Source: Myxococcales bacterium (GTDB lineage Bacteria; Desulfobacterota; Binatia; HRBIN30). From it: a stretch of 64,000 bases of DNA. A model generated the notes under the pieces. That model worked only from the letters and a program-made list of their open reading frames with translations. It ran no database searches and had not been told where the DNA came from. Numbering within the stretch: position 1 is the stretch's first letter; every line of letters begins with the position of its first letter. Of the stretch, positions 1-9,156 are shown piece after piece. The stretch spans positions 64,001 to 128,000 of the forward strand of contig JBBILD010000006.1 in the NCBI GenBank assembly GCA_037445065.1. The letters run 5' to 3'. The position numbers and the translations under genes are program-made.

Positions 1-1518
1 TCATAACTCGCGCTCCGGTCGCAAGAGGGGAAAGAGGATCACGTCGCGGATGGAGGGAGAGTTGGTGAACAGCATCGCTAAGCGGTCGATGCCGATCCCT
101 TCCCCGGCAGCGGGTGGCATGCCGTGCTCGAGCGCGCGCAAGAAGTCCTCGTCCATCGGATGGGCCTCCTCGTCGCCAGCGGCGCGCGCGCGCAGTTGCT
201 CCTCGAAGCGCCGGCGCTGGTCCTCTGGGTCGTTGAGTTCGGAGAAGGCGTTGCAGATTTCCCGTTGCGCGCAAAACAGCTCGAAGCGGTCCACGAAGTT
301 CGGGTGGGTCGGGTTGCGGCGCGCCAAGGGCGACACCACTGCGGGGTAGTGGTACACGAAGGCCGGTTGAACCAATTCGGGAAGTGCTGCCGCTTCGAAC
401 ACGTCCACGAGCAAATGGCCGGCGGCGGCTGGTCCGAAGTGACCCTCATAATCCTTCTCGATCGGTACTTGGAGCCGCTGGGCAACGAGACGAATCGTTT
501 CCAAATCCAGAGCGAACAGCGCCTCGCGCTCCACTTGCGCGCGCTCGGCTAGGTAGTCGGGAATGGAGATGCGGCGAAACGGAGGCGTAAAGTCCAGCAC
601 CCAGTCTCCGTACGGGATACGGCGGCTGCCCAGGAGTTCGTCTGCCAGGGTGACGAACAGTTCTTCGGTGAGCACCATGAGGTCCTCGTACGTGGCGTAC
701 GCCCAGTAGAACTCGAGCATGGTGAACTCGGGATTGTGGCGGACGGAGATTCCCTCGTTGCGGAAGTTGCGGTTGATCTCGAACACGCGCTCGAAACCGC
801 CGACCAGCAAGCGCTTGAGGTAGAGTTCGGGGGCGATGCGCAGGTAGAGGTCCATGTCCAGCGCGTTGTGGTGGGTGATGAACGGGCGCGCCGCTGCTCC
901 CCCGGGAATCGGATGCATCATCGGGGTTTCCACTTCCACGAAGTCGCGGGCGGTGAAAAAGGCGCGGATGCGCTCGATCAGGCGCGAGCGGAGCAAAAAC
1001 ACCTGGCGCGAAGCGGGGTTGGCGATGAGGTCCAAGTACCGCTGACGGTAGCGCGCTTCGACGTCGGTCAGCCCGTGCCACTTCTCAGGCAGCGGGCGCA
1101 GCGCTTTGACCAGCAAGCGCAGCTCGTGTGCCTCGATGGTGAGTTCGTTGGTGCGGGTACGAAAGGGGCGCCCGACCACGCCGACAAAGTCGCCCAGGTC
1201 GGTGAGTTTGAAGACCTCGAATGCGTCTTCACCGATCAAGTCGCGCCGCACGTACACTTGGATTTGTCCACCGCGGTCCAGCAGGTGGAAGAACGAAGCC
1301 TTGCCGAAATCGCGGCGCGTCAGGATGCGGCCCGCCAGCGCTATCGTGTCGCGGCACTGCGCCAAGGCTTCCGCATCCATCGGCCCGTACCATTCCAGCA
1401 CCCGGGCACTCGTGTGCGTCGGTCGGAAGTCGTTGGGATACGGGTCGATCCCGCGTGCACGCAAGCGCTCGAGTTTTTGGCGCCGCGCTCGCTCTAAATC
1501 GGAAAGTTGCTCGGGCAC
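1..1518 (-). CDS. lysS: Lysine--tRNA ligase (class II)
   Basis: OB-fold N-terminus (AGRI..RDFGKASF), YRQRYLDL, LRIAPELYLKRL, FRNEG...HNPEFTMLE, GMPPAAGEGIGIDRL motifs; TGA stop at 1-3. Confidence 0.98.
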   Translation of the reverse strand: MPEQLSDLERARRQKLERLRARGIDPYPNDFRPTHTSARVLEWYGPMDAEALAQCRDTIALAGRILTRRDFGKASFFHLLDRGGQIQVYVRRDLIGEDAFEVFKLTDLGDFVGVVGRPFRTRTNELTIEAHELRLLVKALRPLPEKWHGLTDVEARYRQRYLDLIANPASRQVFLLRSRLIERIRAFFTARDFVEVETPMMHPIPGGAAARPFITHHNALDMDLYLRIAPELYLKRLLVGGFERVFEINRNFRNEGISVRHNPEFTMLEFYWAYATYEDLMVLTEELFVTLADELLGSRRIPYGDWVLDFTPPFRRISIPDYLAERAQVEREALFALDLETIRLVAQRLQVPIEKDYEGHFGPAAAGHLLVDVFEAAALPELVQPAFVYHYPAVVSPLARRNPTHPNFVDRFELFCAQREICNAFSELNDPEDQRRRFEEQLRARAAGDEEAHPMDEDFLRALEHGMPPAAGEGIGIDRLAMLFTNSPSIRDVILFPLLRPEREL

Positions 1519-1656
1519 GGTGGCTTTGCCTCGACAAACAGTGCCCGTCGCTTAACCAGGCAGCTTTTCCCCGTCAAGCAAAACGCTCGGCCGGCTCGTG
1601 TAAGGGGCGCGGCTCTCTTGTCGCTCTAGGAGGAGCACGCTATGCAGCGGCGGCGC

Positions 1657-1740
1657 GCGAAAGTGGCGGAACTGGCAGACGCGCAGGACTCAGGATCCTG
1701 TGGGGTAACACCCGTGGGGGTTCGACTCCCCCCTTTCGCA
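1657..1740 (+). tRNA. tRNA-Leu (anticodon CAG), long variable arm, CCA not encoded
   Basis: Acceptor stem GCGAAAG/CTTTCGC, D-arm GGCGGAACTGGCAGACGC, anticodon arm CAGGA-CT-CAG-GA-TCCTG, T-loop GGTTCGACTC, discriminator A1740 followed by CTC. Confidence 0.96.
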
Positions 1741-2042
1741 CTCGCCCATGCTTCCCGGTGAAGGCCCCGCTGGCGGCTCGGTCGCTTCCACGGCGGGGAC
1801 TCACGTGTCGCTGGCTCTGCCGCGACGTTCCCCGTGGGCGGGGGGGAGGTAGGTGCGGCACTTAGGTAACGGACGCTTCGCGTGCGTAGCGCGAAGCCGA
1901 AGGCCGCGCACGCATCGCCAACGCGAGTAGTAACGGAGGCTTTTCGCGGCCACCACCGCGGCCTTTGGGCGGCGCGAAAACCTGCGGCCGGCAGTAGCCA
2001 CCGGACTAGCGTTGTGGTTTTTCAGGGCAGAGCGAGGACACG

Positions 2043-2762
2043 ATGGTACGTGTGGGTTGCTGCGGCTGGGCCGCAGCACAAAGGCGCTACTTCGCAGCGC
2101 TGGATGCACTGGAAGTGCAGCAGACCTTCTATCAGCCTCCGGCACTTTCCACCCTGCGCCGCTGGCGGCAAGCAGCGCCGCCGCAATTCGAGTTTACCGT
2201 TAAGTGCTTTCAAGTGGTGACGCACGAGCGGAAAAGCCCCACCTACCGCCGCTTGCGCCGCTCGCTGCCGGAGGATGCGCAAGTCGGGCATTTGCGCGAC
2301 ACACCCTGGGTGCGGGCGGCCTGGCAAGAAACGGCGCTCTGCGCCCAGGCTCTGCGCGCGCGGGTGATTTTGGTGCAGATGCCACCGTCCTTCACGCCCA
2401 CACCCGCGCACCTCGAGCAGGTGGAGGAGTTCGCCCGTTGGAGCCGCACTCCTGGTGTGCAGATCGCTTTCGAGCCGCGCGGGGAAGGCTGGGCGCAGGT
2501 GGATCTTTCCGTGCTGTGCTCGCGGCTCGGTTGGTGGTGCGTGTACGACCCGCTCGCTAGCGCTCCCCCGCGCGCTGCCGGACAGGAAATCGCATACTTC
2601 CGCCTCCACGGCCTCACGGGGTACCGCTACCGATACACGCATGCCGACTTGGACCGCTTGCGTTCGATCGTCGCCGGATTCCGCGAGGCTTGGGTATTCT
2701 TCAACAACGTTTCGATGTGGGACGACGCCCGCCGCTTCCGCGCCTGCCTACAGAAGGCTTAG
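2043..2762 (+). CDS. DUF72 domain-containing protein
   Basis: VRVGCCGW start, EVQQTFY, FTVK, QMPPSF, FEPRG, YFRLHG, VFFNN motifs typical of DUF72. Confidence 0.9.
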   Translation: MVRVGCCGWAAAQRRYFAALDALEVQQTFYQPPALSTLRRWRQAAPPQFEFTVKCFQVVTHERKSPTYRRLRRSLPEDAQVGHLRDTPWVRAAWQETALCAQALRARVILVQMPPSFTPTPAHLEQVEEFARWSRTPGVQIAFEPRGEGWAQVDLSVLCSRLGWWCVYDPLASAPPRAAGQEIAYFRLHGLTGYRYRYTHADLDRLRSIVAGFREAWVFFNNVSMWDDARRFRACLQKA

Positions 2763-2810
2763 TTCCCGCAAGGACGCTTGCCCGCGACTACCGCCAGTGG
2801 CCGCCAGCCC

Positions 2811-3003
2811 CCGTGGTGCAGGGCGAGTGGAGAGCGGTCCACAGCGAATAACGAATGGCCAAAGGTCCGTCCGAACCGCACCTGCCACCAGCGGCCCGGT
2901 GCCACCTGCGAGAACCTGCAGGGGCGACCCTCGTAGCCGCCCGTGGTGCGAATTGGGCGCATCCCTCCGATGGGAACACGGGCAGGCGCAACGCTGCCGC
3001 TAC
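2811..3003 (+). repeat. Composite REP-doublet (REPIN-like) element, copy A (internally shortened)
   Basis: Degenerate inverted REP units at 2918-2942 and 2980-3003; the ~105 bp upstream flank aligns by eye with the reverse complement of 32780-32887; lies between convergent genes. Confidence 0.75.
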
Positions 3004-3095
3004 AACGTCTCTTCGGCGCCGTGTTACTACGCCGGACCGGCAGCTTGTTCTCAGACTGAGCGGCAGCGGCCGGTGATCCCGCTGCCCGGGGGCGG

Positions 3096-3764
3096 TCAGA
3101 AGATCAACAACCGACGTCGCGGGAAGTAGGCGACGGTGCGGCCGGCGAGGATCTCGTTGCCGATCACGCCCTGCGCCGAAGCCATCGCCAGTGTGCCGGC
3201 GAGAGGTTCAGGCAAGCGGCCGCAGCGCAGCGTGAAGGAGGAGCGGCCTAGGGACAGCGGTACTAGATACGTGTCGGTCTCGAAGCGGCCCAGCGTGGGG
3301 TAGAAGTCCACAGCCCGACCGGCCGGAGGGAACAGGAAGAGAGACTCGTGTTGGAAGTAGGAAATTTGCGCGCCGGTGTCGAACACCATCCGAAAAGGCC
3401 GGCTTGTCACGCGCGCAGTCACGAGCGGGATACCGAGGAATTTCTCGACTGCCACGCTGTCGCCCTCGTACGCGAGCGCTGTGCTCGAAAGAACGAGCCT
3501 GCCGCGAGGCAGGTCGAAGATACAATCGAAACAGTGCAGTACGTCAACGCCGAGCAAGCCGGCGCAGGGCACGCCGACCAGTTCGGAAATCTCTGCGGCG
3601 GTGATTCCGAAGGAACTCGTCTCCAGCGCGAACGGGTGACCAGCCAAAGTGATCGCGGGCGTGATGCCCAGGCTCGTCGGCGAGCCCGTGTCGAGAAGCC
3701 AGAGCTCCCCATCGAGCTGCACAAACAGGTGGCCTTGCTGCAGACAGAGCGCGAACTCTTCCAT
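3096..3764 (-). CDS. Tandem retropepsin-like aspartyl protease
   Basis: Start re-called at ATG 3764 (MEEFALC); two catalytic-type motifs LLDTGS and VFDTGA, each followed by GLLG/GVIG. Confidence 0.75.
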   Translation of the reverse strand: MEEFALCLQQGHLFVQLDGELWLLDTGSPTSLGITPAITLAGHPFALETSSFGITAAEISELVGVPCAGLLGVDVLHCFDCIFDLPRGRLVLSSTALAYEGDSVAVEKFLGIPLVTARVTSRPFRMVFDTGAQISYFQHESLFLFPPAGRAVDFYPTLGRFETDTYLVPLSLGRSSFTLRCGRLPEPLAGTLAMASAQGVIGNEILAGRTVAYFPRRRLLIF

Positions 3765-4533
3765 GACCGATCCCCCAGACCTCGCCTCGACCGTACCGTG
3801 GGCTGGTGCTGGGTTCGTACAGCCAGCGTGAGGCCCCCGCAAGGCAAGCGCCAGGTTTCGGAAGGACAAAGCTGAGGGGCCCGGCGCGTCCGCAACAGCG
3901 CTACGCGCGCTTTCAGCGGCGCGCCCTGGTTCCGAGGCGGCACAGTGTCCTTGTGAGGGGTTGTCGCGGCCTGCGGCAGTTGCCGGGTCGTTCGCCTGCG
4001 GCACAGCCGCCGCTCCAACCGCGCAGAGGCGGCGGCGTGCGCATGCGTGCTCCCGATGTGGGCAGCCTTCGCCCTGCGATTGGCGGGAGCGGAGTTTCTG
4101 CGTGCGAGGGTTTCTGTCACTGGGGGGCATGGCGCTTTCTAAGCGTGCGGTCTCGGCGGCAGAGTCGGGTTTCCGAGCGGACAGAGTTGGGCTGGAGGTG
4201 CGAGCGCCCAGGCGGCCGCGTTTGGATTTGCCCGCGAGGTGTTATGCTCGCCGGGTGATGCGCAACCCTGCCAGCGCGGTGCGCCCCGCCTCTTCGTGCC
4301 ACGGTTTTTGGCACGTTTGTGTTCCGCAGCCGGGGCCAAGCCGGGAAGAGGCGGAAGAGGAAGTCGGTGGTTGCTTCGTCCTGGCGGGCCAAGTCCAAGA
4401 TCAGACACCCGATGCTGGGTGGGTGGCTGGAGTTGGTGCCGGTGAGAAGCCGGGCAGGCGCGCCTTCGCCGATCGTCATCCGGGCCCAGCACGGAAAGTC
4501 AGCGCGGATTCGCGCGGCTGTTTCCCGGGCACG

Positions 4534-5136
4534 GTGCCGCAGGTTCGGCGAGTCGCGGCGGTGGATGCAGCGTACGCACCGGACGGCTCGTCGGCAGTGG
4601 CGGCCGCGGTCGTGTACGACCTCGAGCGAAACGCAGTGCTCGAGAGCTGCTTCTCCACCTCGCCCAGCGTTCGGCCGTATGTGCCCGGGGTGTTTTGGCA
4701 GAGGGAAGGAGAGCTGGCGCTCGACGCGTTGGAGCACGTACAGGAGTGGGTGGACGTGGTTTTCTGCGATGCTCACGGCACCGCCCATCCGCGCCGCTTT
4801 GGCCTCGCATGCTGGCTCGAAGCGCGCCTTTCCTGGCCGGTGGTTGGTTGTGCCAAAAGCCGCCTGGTCGGCTCGCATCGAACGCTCCCGGACGAGGCGG
4901 GTTCCTGGGTGCTGCTCGAGTACAACGGTGAAACGATCGGTGCGGTCGTGCGAACCCGCGCTGGCGTACGGCCGCTGTTCGTGAGTCCGGGTGGGCGCTG
5001 GAGCATCGAGGCCAGCGTGCAGGCCGTGTTGTCTGCGTGCCGCGGTTTTCGCATCCCAGAACCGCTGCGCGCCGCGCACCAGTTCGCCCGGCGCGCGCTC
5101 GATTCGCTGCTTCCGTACGCCCGGCGACAAGAGTAG
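4534..5136 (+). CDS. nfi: Endonuclease V (start uncertain)
   Basis: AVDAAY, PYVPG..REGE, CDAHGTAHPRRFGLA, GCAKS, FVSPG, RIPEPLRAAH motifs; N-terminal part of track ORF 3961 looks non-coding. Confidence 0.88.
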   Translation: MPQVRRVAAVDAAYAPDGSSAVAAAVVYDLERNAVLESCFSTSPSVRPYVPGVFWQREGELALDALEHVQEWVDVVFCDAHGTAHPRRFGLACWLEARLSWPVVGCAKSRLVGSHRTLPDEAGSWVLLEYNGETIGAVVRTRAGVRPLFVSPGGRWSIEASVQAVLSACRGFRIPEPLRAAHQFARRALDSLLPYARRQE

Positions 5137-5148
5137 CCTTCCCCTACG

Positions 5149-5922
5149 ATGCATGGCGTGCTTCCCGTTGTGCTTGCGGTGGGGACCCTCCCTCTGCTGC
5201 CGGCATTGCTGTGGGGTCAGGTGCTGGTCGGCGATCGAGTGCCAGCGGCCCCTGGGGCTACGGTGGATTTTTCGCTGCGCTTGCGGAGTGAAGGGCACTC
5301 CGTGAGCGCCTTGCAGTTCGAATTGGTGTTGCAGGAAACGTTTACCGTTGCGGCCGGCTCGGGCGGGCAGCCGGCATGCCGGGTCGATCCAGAGATCGCG
5401 AAGCCGGCAAGCCTTTTTGCTTTTGTTCCTCCCGATTGCGACCCGCACCGAGTGGGCGATTGCCAGGCAGTCCGAGCCTTGGTGTTCGAACTTGGCGAGC
5501 AGCAGCCGATCCCCGACGGAGCACGGGTGGCCACGTGTAGCCTACAGGTGCAGCTTTCGGCTTCGCCCGGGCGTGTCGCGGTGGCGCTTCGCGACGTGGT
5601 GGCCAGCTCCCCCGAGGGCCAGCGCTTGCCGCAGGCACGAACGCTGGACGGAGAGCTGGAGATCGTCGTTGCGCCCTCGCCGACCGCGAGCTTGTCGCCT
5701 TCGCCGCTTCCGAGCCCGACACCGACGCCAACACCGAGTTGCCGAGGCGACTGCAACGGAGATGGGAGTGTGACCATTGACGAACTGTTGCTTCTCGTGC
5801 TGGACGCCCTGAGCGGCAGGGCCGACCGTTGCAGGGCCGGCGACCATGACCGCAGCGGGACCGTCACCATCGAGGAAATCATCCGCGCGATCGGCTCGGC
5901 CTTGGAAGGGTGCCCCGACTGA
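5149..5922 (+). CDS. Secreted protein: cohesin-like domain, Pro/Thr linker, dockerin/EF-hand-like C-terminal module
   Basis: Hydrophobic signal peptide; beta-sandwich pattern (PGATVDFSLRL..VSALQFEL..IPDG.VATC); SPTPTPTP linker; duplicated Ca-loop DCNGDGSVTIDEL / DHDRSGTVTIEEI. Confidence 0.75.
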   Translation: MHGVLPVVLAVGTLPLLPALLWGQVLVGDRVPAAPGATVDFSLRLRSEGHSVSALQFELVLQETFTVAAGSGGQPACRVDPEIAKPASLFAFVPPDCDPHRVGDCQAVRALVFELGEQQPIPDGARVATCSLQVQLSASPGRVAVALRDVVASSPEGQRLPQARTLDGELEIVVAPSPTASLSPSPLPSPTPTPTPSCRGDCNGDGSVTIDELLLLVLDALSGRADRCRAGDHDRSGTVTIEEIIRAIGSALEGCPD

Positions 5923-5950
5923 CTCTCGGAACGCTTTGTGCCCCGTTGAG

Positions 5951-6931
5951 CTAGGGCAGTAACACGATCGAGCCCGTGGTTCTTCGCTCTCCGAGCAAGC
6001 GGTGCGCTTCGGCCGCGGCCCGTAGCGGCAGGCGCTGCCCAATGCGGATCTGCACAGCCTTGGAGAGCACCACCTCGAACAGTTCTTCCGCGGTCGCCAG
6101 CAACTCCGCTCGTGTGGCTGTGTAGCTCATAAGGGTAGGCCGTGTGAGATACAGAGATCCTCGCTGTGCCAAGTGTTGGATGTCGAAGGGAGGAACGGGA
6201 CCCGACGCGTTGCCAAAGCTCACCATGAGACCGCGCGGGGCCAAGCAGTCGAGCGAGGCAAAAAACGTGGCCTGCCCGACCGAGTCGTAGACCACGGGCA
6301 CGCCCTTACCCCCAGTGATTTCGCGCACGCGTTCCGGCACGCTCTCGCGCGTATACAAGATGACATGATCGCAGCCGTGCTCTCGTGCCAAGCGAGCTTT
6401 CTCCTCCGAACCGACGACTCCGATCACAGTTGCTCCGAGATGCTTGGCCCATTGGCAGGCGATGAGGCCGACTCCACCCGCAGCAGCGTAGAACACGATC
6501 GGGTCACCCGCCTTCACCGCGTACGTGCGCCGCAGCAAGTACTGCGCGGTCATGCCCTTGAGCATCATGGCGGCAGCTTCTTCGTCGCTGATTCCCGCCG
6601 GTAAGCGCACCAGCCGCTCGGCGGGAAAACAGCGCCACTCTGCGTACGCTCCCAGGGGTCCGCCGGCGTAGGCGACTCGGTCTCCGACCGCGACTTCCGT
6701 GACATCCGGCCCCAGGGCCTCCACTACCCCGGCAGCCTCGAGGCCGATCCCGCTCGGCAGCGACGGCACCGGGTACAGCCCGGTACGATGGTAAACGTCA
6801 ATGAAGTTCACCCCGATCGCGGTCTGCCGCAGCAAGACCTCTCCGGGACCGGGCTCACGCACTTCCACGTCTTCTCCGAGCAGAGACTCGGGCCCACCGG
6901 TGCGGTGAATCCGGATGGCAAATGTTTTCAT
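5951..6931 (-). CDS. qor: NADPH:quinone oxidoreductase (zeta-crystallin/MDR family)
   Basis: GVNFIDVYHRTGLY, AAAGGVG, VVYDSVG, SFGNASG, GSLYLTRPTL; start re-called at MKTFAIR. Confidence 0.92.
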   Translation of the reverse strand: MKTFAIRIHRTGGPESLLGEDVEVREPGPGEVLLRQTAIGVNFIDVYHRTGLYPVPSLPSGIGLEAAGVVEALGPDVTEVAVGDRVAYAGGPLGAYAEWRCFPAERLVRLPAGISDEEAAAMMLKGMTAQYLLRRTYAVKAGDPIVFYAAAGGVGLIACQWAKHLGATVIGVVGSEEKARLAREHGCDHVILYTRESVPERVREITGGKGVPVVYDSVGQATFFASLDCLAPRGLMVSFGNASGPVPPFDIQHLAQRGSLYLTRPTLMSYTATRAELLATAEELFEVVLSKAVQIRIGQRLPLRAAAEAHRLLGERRTTGSIVLLP

Positions 6932-7155
6932 AACACGCAGAGCCTGCGCGCGAGCCCGCGTGCAGTCAAGGCCGCTCCCGGCGAGGGCAAGAAGGTTTCG
7001 CTTACCGCGGCCATCAGGCGTCCCCCCGGAGCCGTGTGCGGGTGCCAAATATGCCGCCGCTCACTGGCGGCTTCGCTTGTGCGCGCGACACGTGCGGAGT
7101 AGCATGCCGCGTGTGCAGGGGCGCAGCTCTGCGCAAATCACGGGGAGGTGTCGGC

Positions 7156-7356
7156 ATGGCTACCGCTCGAGTCACGGAAATCGTCGCCTCGGCAAAGAGT
7201 ATCGAAGGGGCAATCGAGGAAGGGGTGAAGCGGGCCACCAAGACGTTACGCGGCGTCACCGCGGTGGAGGTGACCCGCATTCAAGCGCGCATCGAGAAGA
7301 ACAAGATCAAGGAATACCGGGTGGCCATGAACCTGACCTTTGTCCTCGACACGTAG
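7156..7356 (+). CDS. Dodecin family protein
   Basis: 66 aa MATARVTEIVAS..AIEEGVKRATKTLRGV..EYRVAMNLTFVL; GGAGG RBS upstream. Confidence 0.88.
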   Translation: MATARVTEIVASAKSIEGAIEEGVKRATKTLRGVTAVEVTRIQARIEKNKIKEYRVAMNLTFVLDT

Positions 7357-7453
7357 TGCCGCCGCTCTTGGCTCGCTGGCGAGCGAGGGGCCGGCTCGGG
7401 CCTGTCCCCCGGCTCGAGTCGCCGACCCAGCGGCGCGCAAGCGCGCGACTGGC

Positions 7454-8281
7454 TTACTCGCACTTGGCTTCGCGCACGGCTCGTACGAGCCCTTGAGCCA
7501 CGCACCGCGCTAGCCAATCCGCCAGCCGTTCCGCAGCCTCCTGCTCGCCCGATTCTTCGGCGAGTTCGGCACAGAGGACCGCGAACGGCTCGCTGCGTCC
7601 GAGCAGCCGCGCCTCCCAAGCCGGAATCTCAGCGACGAACACGCGTTCTTCCCGCCGCCAAACGCGGAGCGAACAGGGGCGCGCGGCGAGCGACGGCAGC
7701 GGGCCGTCCTCTTGCCCCGACTGCCACAGTTCGTGGACGGGCCACGCTGCGGCAAAGCAGTACAAGGCGGGAATCCAGTCGAGCGTGATCGCGCCCCATC
7801 GTTCTGGCGGGATGGCGAGCAGCGTGTCGGCGCGTGCTGATCCAGCATCGGCAGCATCGAACGCTTCCAAGACCAGCCACTCGAGGCGCGCCAAGTCCGG
7901 GAGAAAGGGCCAGCGCTGTCGAGCCGGGTGAGTGCGTAAGAACGCAGCCAGCCGATTGCCGGCATAGCGCAGAGAGAAATGGTGCGAGGGGTGAGCGAGC
8001 AGGTAATCGGTCACCAGGTTGTGAAAGTGCTCGCGGCCCATTACCGCGCGCACAGTCGGGAAATCATCGGCCAGCGCGTCGTGCAGCCGGTAAAAGTACA
8101 TATTCGCATAGATTTCGAGGCGACTCACAGAGTCGAGCGAAGGAGTGGAACGCGTCCACTCGTAGCATAGGTCGCGCTCCGCTGGGCTGGCCTCGGGCAA
8201 AACGGCCGCCACTCCGGCAGGGGCACGCATCAGCCGGCTAAAGCTGCGCTGCAGTTCGTCGAGGCTTGGCGGTCGGGCCAC
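7454..8281 (-). CDS. DUF2063 (BufC/HvfC-type) MNIO partner protein
   Basis: LQRSF, RLEIYANMYFYRL..LADDFP, YLLAHPS..SL..G, DLARLEW motifs; directly downstream of DUF692. Confidence 0.88.
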   Translation of the reverse strand: MARPPSLDELQRSFSRLMRAPAGVAAVLPEASPAERDLCYEWTRSTPSLDSVSRLEIYANMYFYRLHDALADDFPTVRAVMGREHFHNLVTDYLLAHPSHHFSLRYAGNRLAAFLRTHPARQRWPFLPDLARLEWLVLEAFDAADAGSARADTLLAIPPERWGAITLDWIPALYCFAAAWPVHELWQSGQEDGPLPSLAARPCSLRVWRREERVFVAEIPAWEARLLGRSEPFAVLCAELAEESGEQEAAERLADWLARCVAQGLVRAVREAKCE

Positions 8282-9107
8282 CGAGAACCTCCTGTGCGAG
8301 CGTGCGAGCTTGCTTCACTTCGAGAAGGAGCTCAACCAGGGGTGGAATGCGATCGTCCCGCTCGAGCGACACGGAGACCGGGCCGAGTCTCGCCACCGCC
8401 GCTCGGTACAGCTCCCACACCGGAGCTGCCACGTTGTGGTCGTGCGTGTCGTGCAGAAATGTTCCCCGGTCCGAGAACCCCGCCAGGTGCAGTTGTAAGA
8501 CACGTTCCCGTGGAATCCCATCGAGGTACTGGTAGGGGTCGAAGCCGTGGTTGTACGCACTCACGTACACGTTGTTCACGTCGAGCAGGATCTTGCAGTC
8601 CGCTTCCTCTGCCACAGCGCGCAGGAACTCCCATTCGCTCATCGTGGAGTGCGCAAACGCCACGTAGCTCGACACGTTTTCCAGTGCGATCTGCCGCCCG
8701 AGAAAGTCCTGCACCTGCGCGACTCGCTGGCATACATGGCGCAGGCTCTCTTCGGTGTAGGGAAGCGGAAGCAGGTCGTGGAGGTAGACCCCGTCCACGC
8801 TGGACCAGCACAGGTGATCCGAGACCCACGCCGGCTCCACCCACCGCACCAGGTCGCGTACCTGCCGCAGGTAGTCGAAGTCGAGTGGGTCGGTGGAACC
8901 GATGGACAGAGAGACTCCGTGCAGAACCACCGGATAGTGCGAGCGCACCGCTTCGAGCACCCACCGCGGCCGGCCACCGCGGACAAGGAAGTTCTCCGTG
9001 ATCACCTCGAACCAATCAACCGCGGGCCACACGCCGAGAATTTCGGGGTAGTGACGCGGCCTGAGCCCGAGCCCAAAGCCGAGAAACGGACGTTCTCTTC
9101 CGCTCAC
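8238..9107 (-). CDS. DUF692 multinuclear non-heme iron oxidase (MNIO; BufB/MbnB/TglH family)
   Basis: GLGLR..H, EVITENF, HGVSLSIG, SDHLCW, DLLPLP, ENVSSY, LLDVNN, HLAG, DTH, ERD metal-ligand motifs. Confidence 0.95.
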   Translation of the reverse strand: MSGRERPFLGFGLGLRPRHYPEILGVWPAVDWFEVITENFLVRGGRPRWVLEAVRSHYPVVLHGVSLSIGSTDPLDFDYLRQVRDLVRWVEPAWVSDHLCWSSVDGVYLHDLLPLPYTEESLRHVCQRVAQVQDFLGRQIALENVSSYVAFAHSTMSEWEFLRAVAEEADCKILLDVNNVYVSAYNHGFDPYQYLDGIPRERVLQLHLAGFSDRGTFLHDTHDHNVAAPVWELYRAAVARLGPVSVSLERDDRIPPLVELLLEVKQARTLAQEVLGGPTAKPRRTAAQL

Positions 9108-9156
9108 GCCTGTTACGCCTTGGTCCGCCCGCCGGGCGGCAGGTCAGGAGTGACCT

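Noticed and set aside
4295..4315. CGTGCCA-N7-TGGCACG palindrome as a sigma54 site
   Set aside because: No GC at the -12 position on either strand; at most a weak hairpin or operator
3961..4533. Long N-terminal extension of endonuclease V, or a small minus-strand ORF (MTIGEGAP...)
   Set aside because: Low-complexity GC-driven translation with no recognisable family; overlaps repeat-like DNA
1657..5136. Genomic island integrated at tRNA-Leu
   Set aside because: No integrase and no duplicated tRNA 3' end found; only repeat debris
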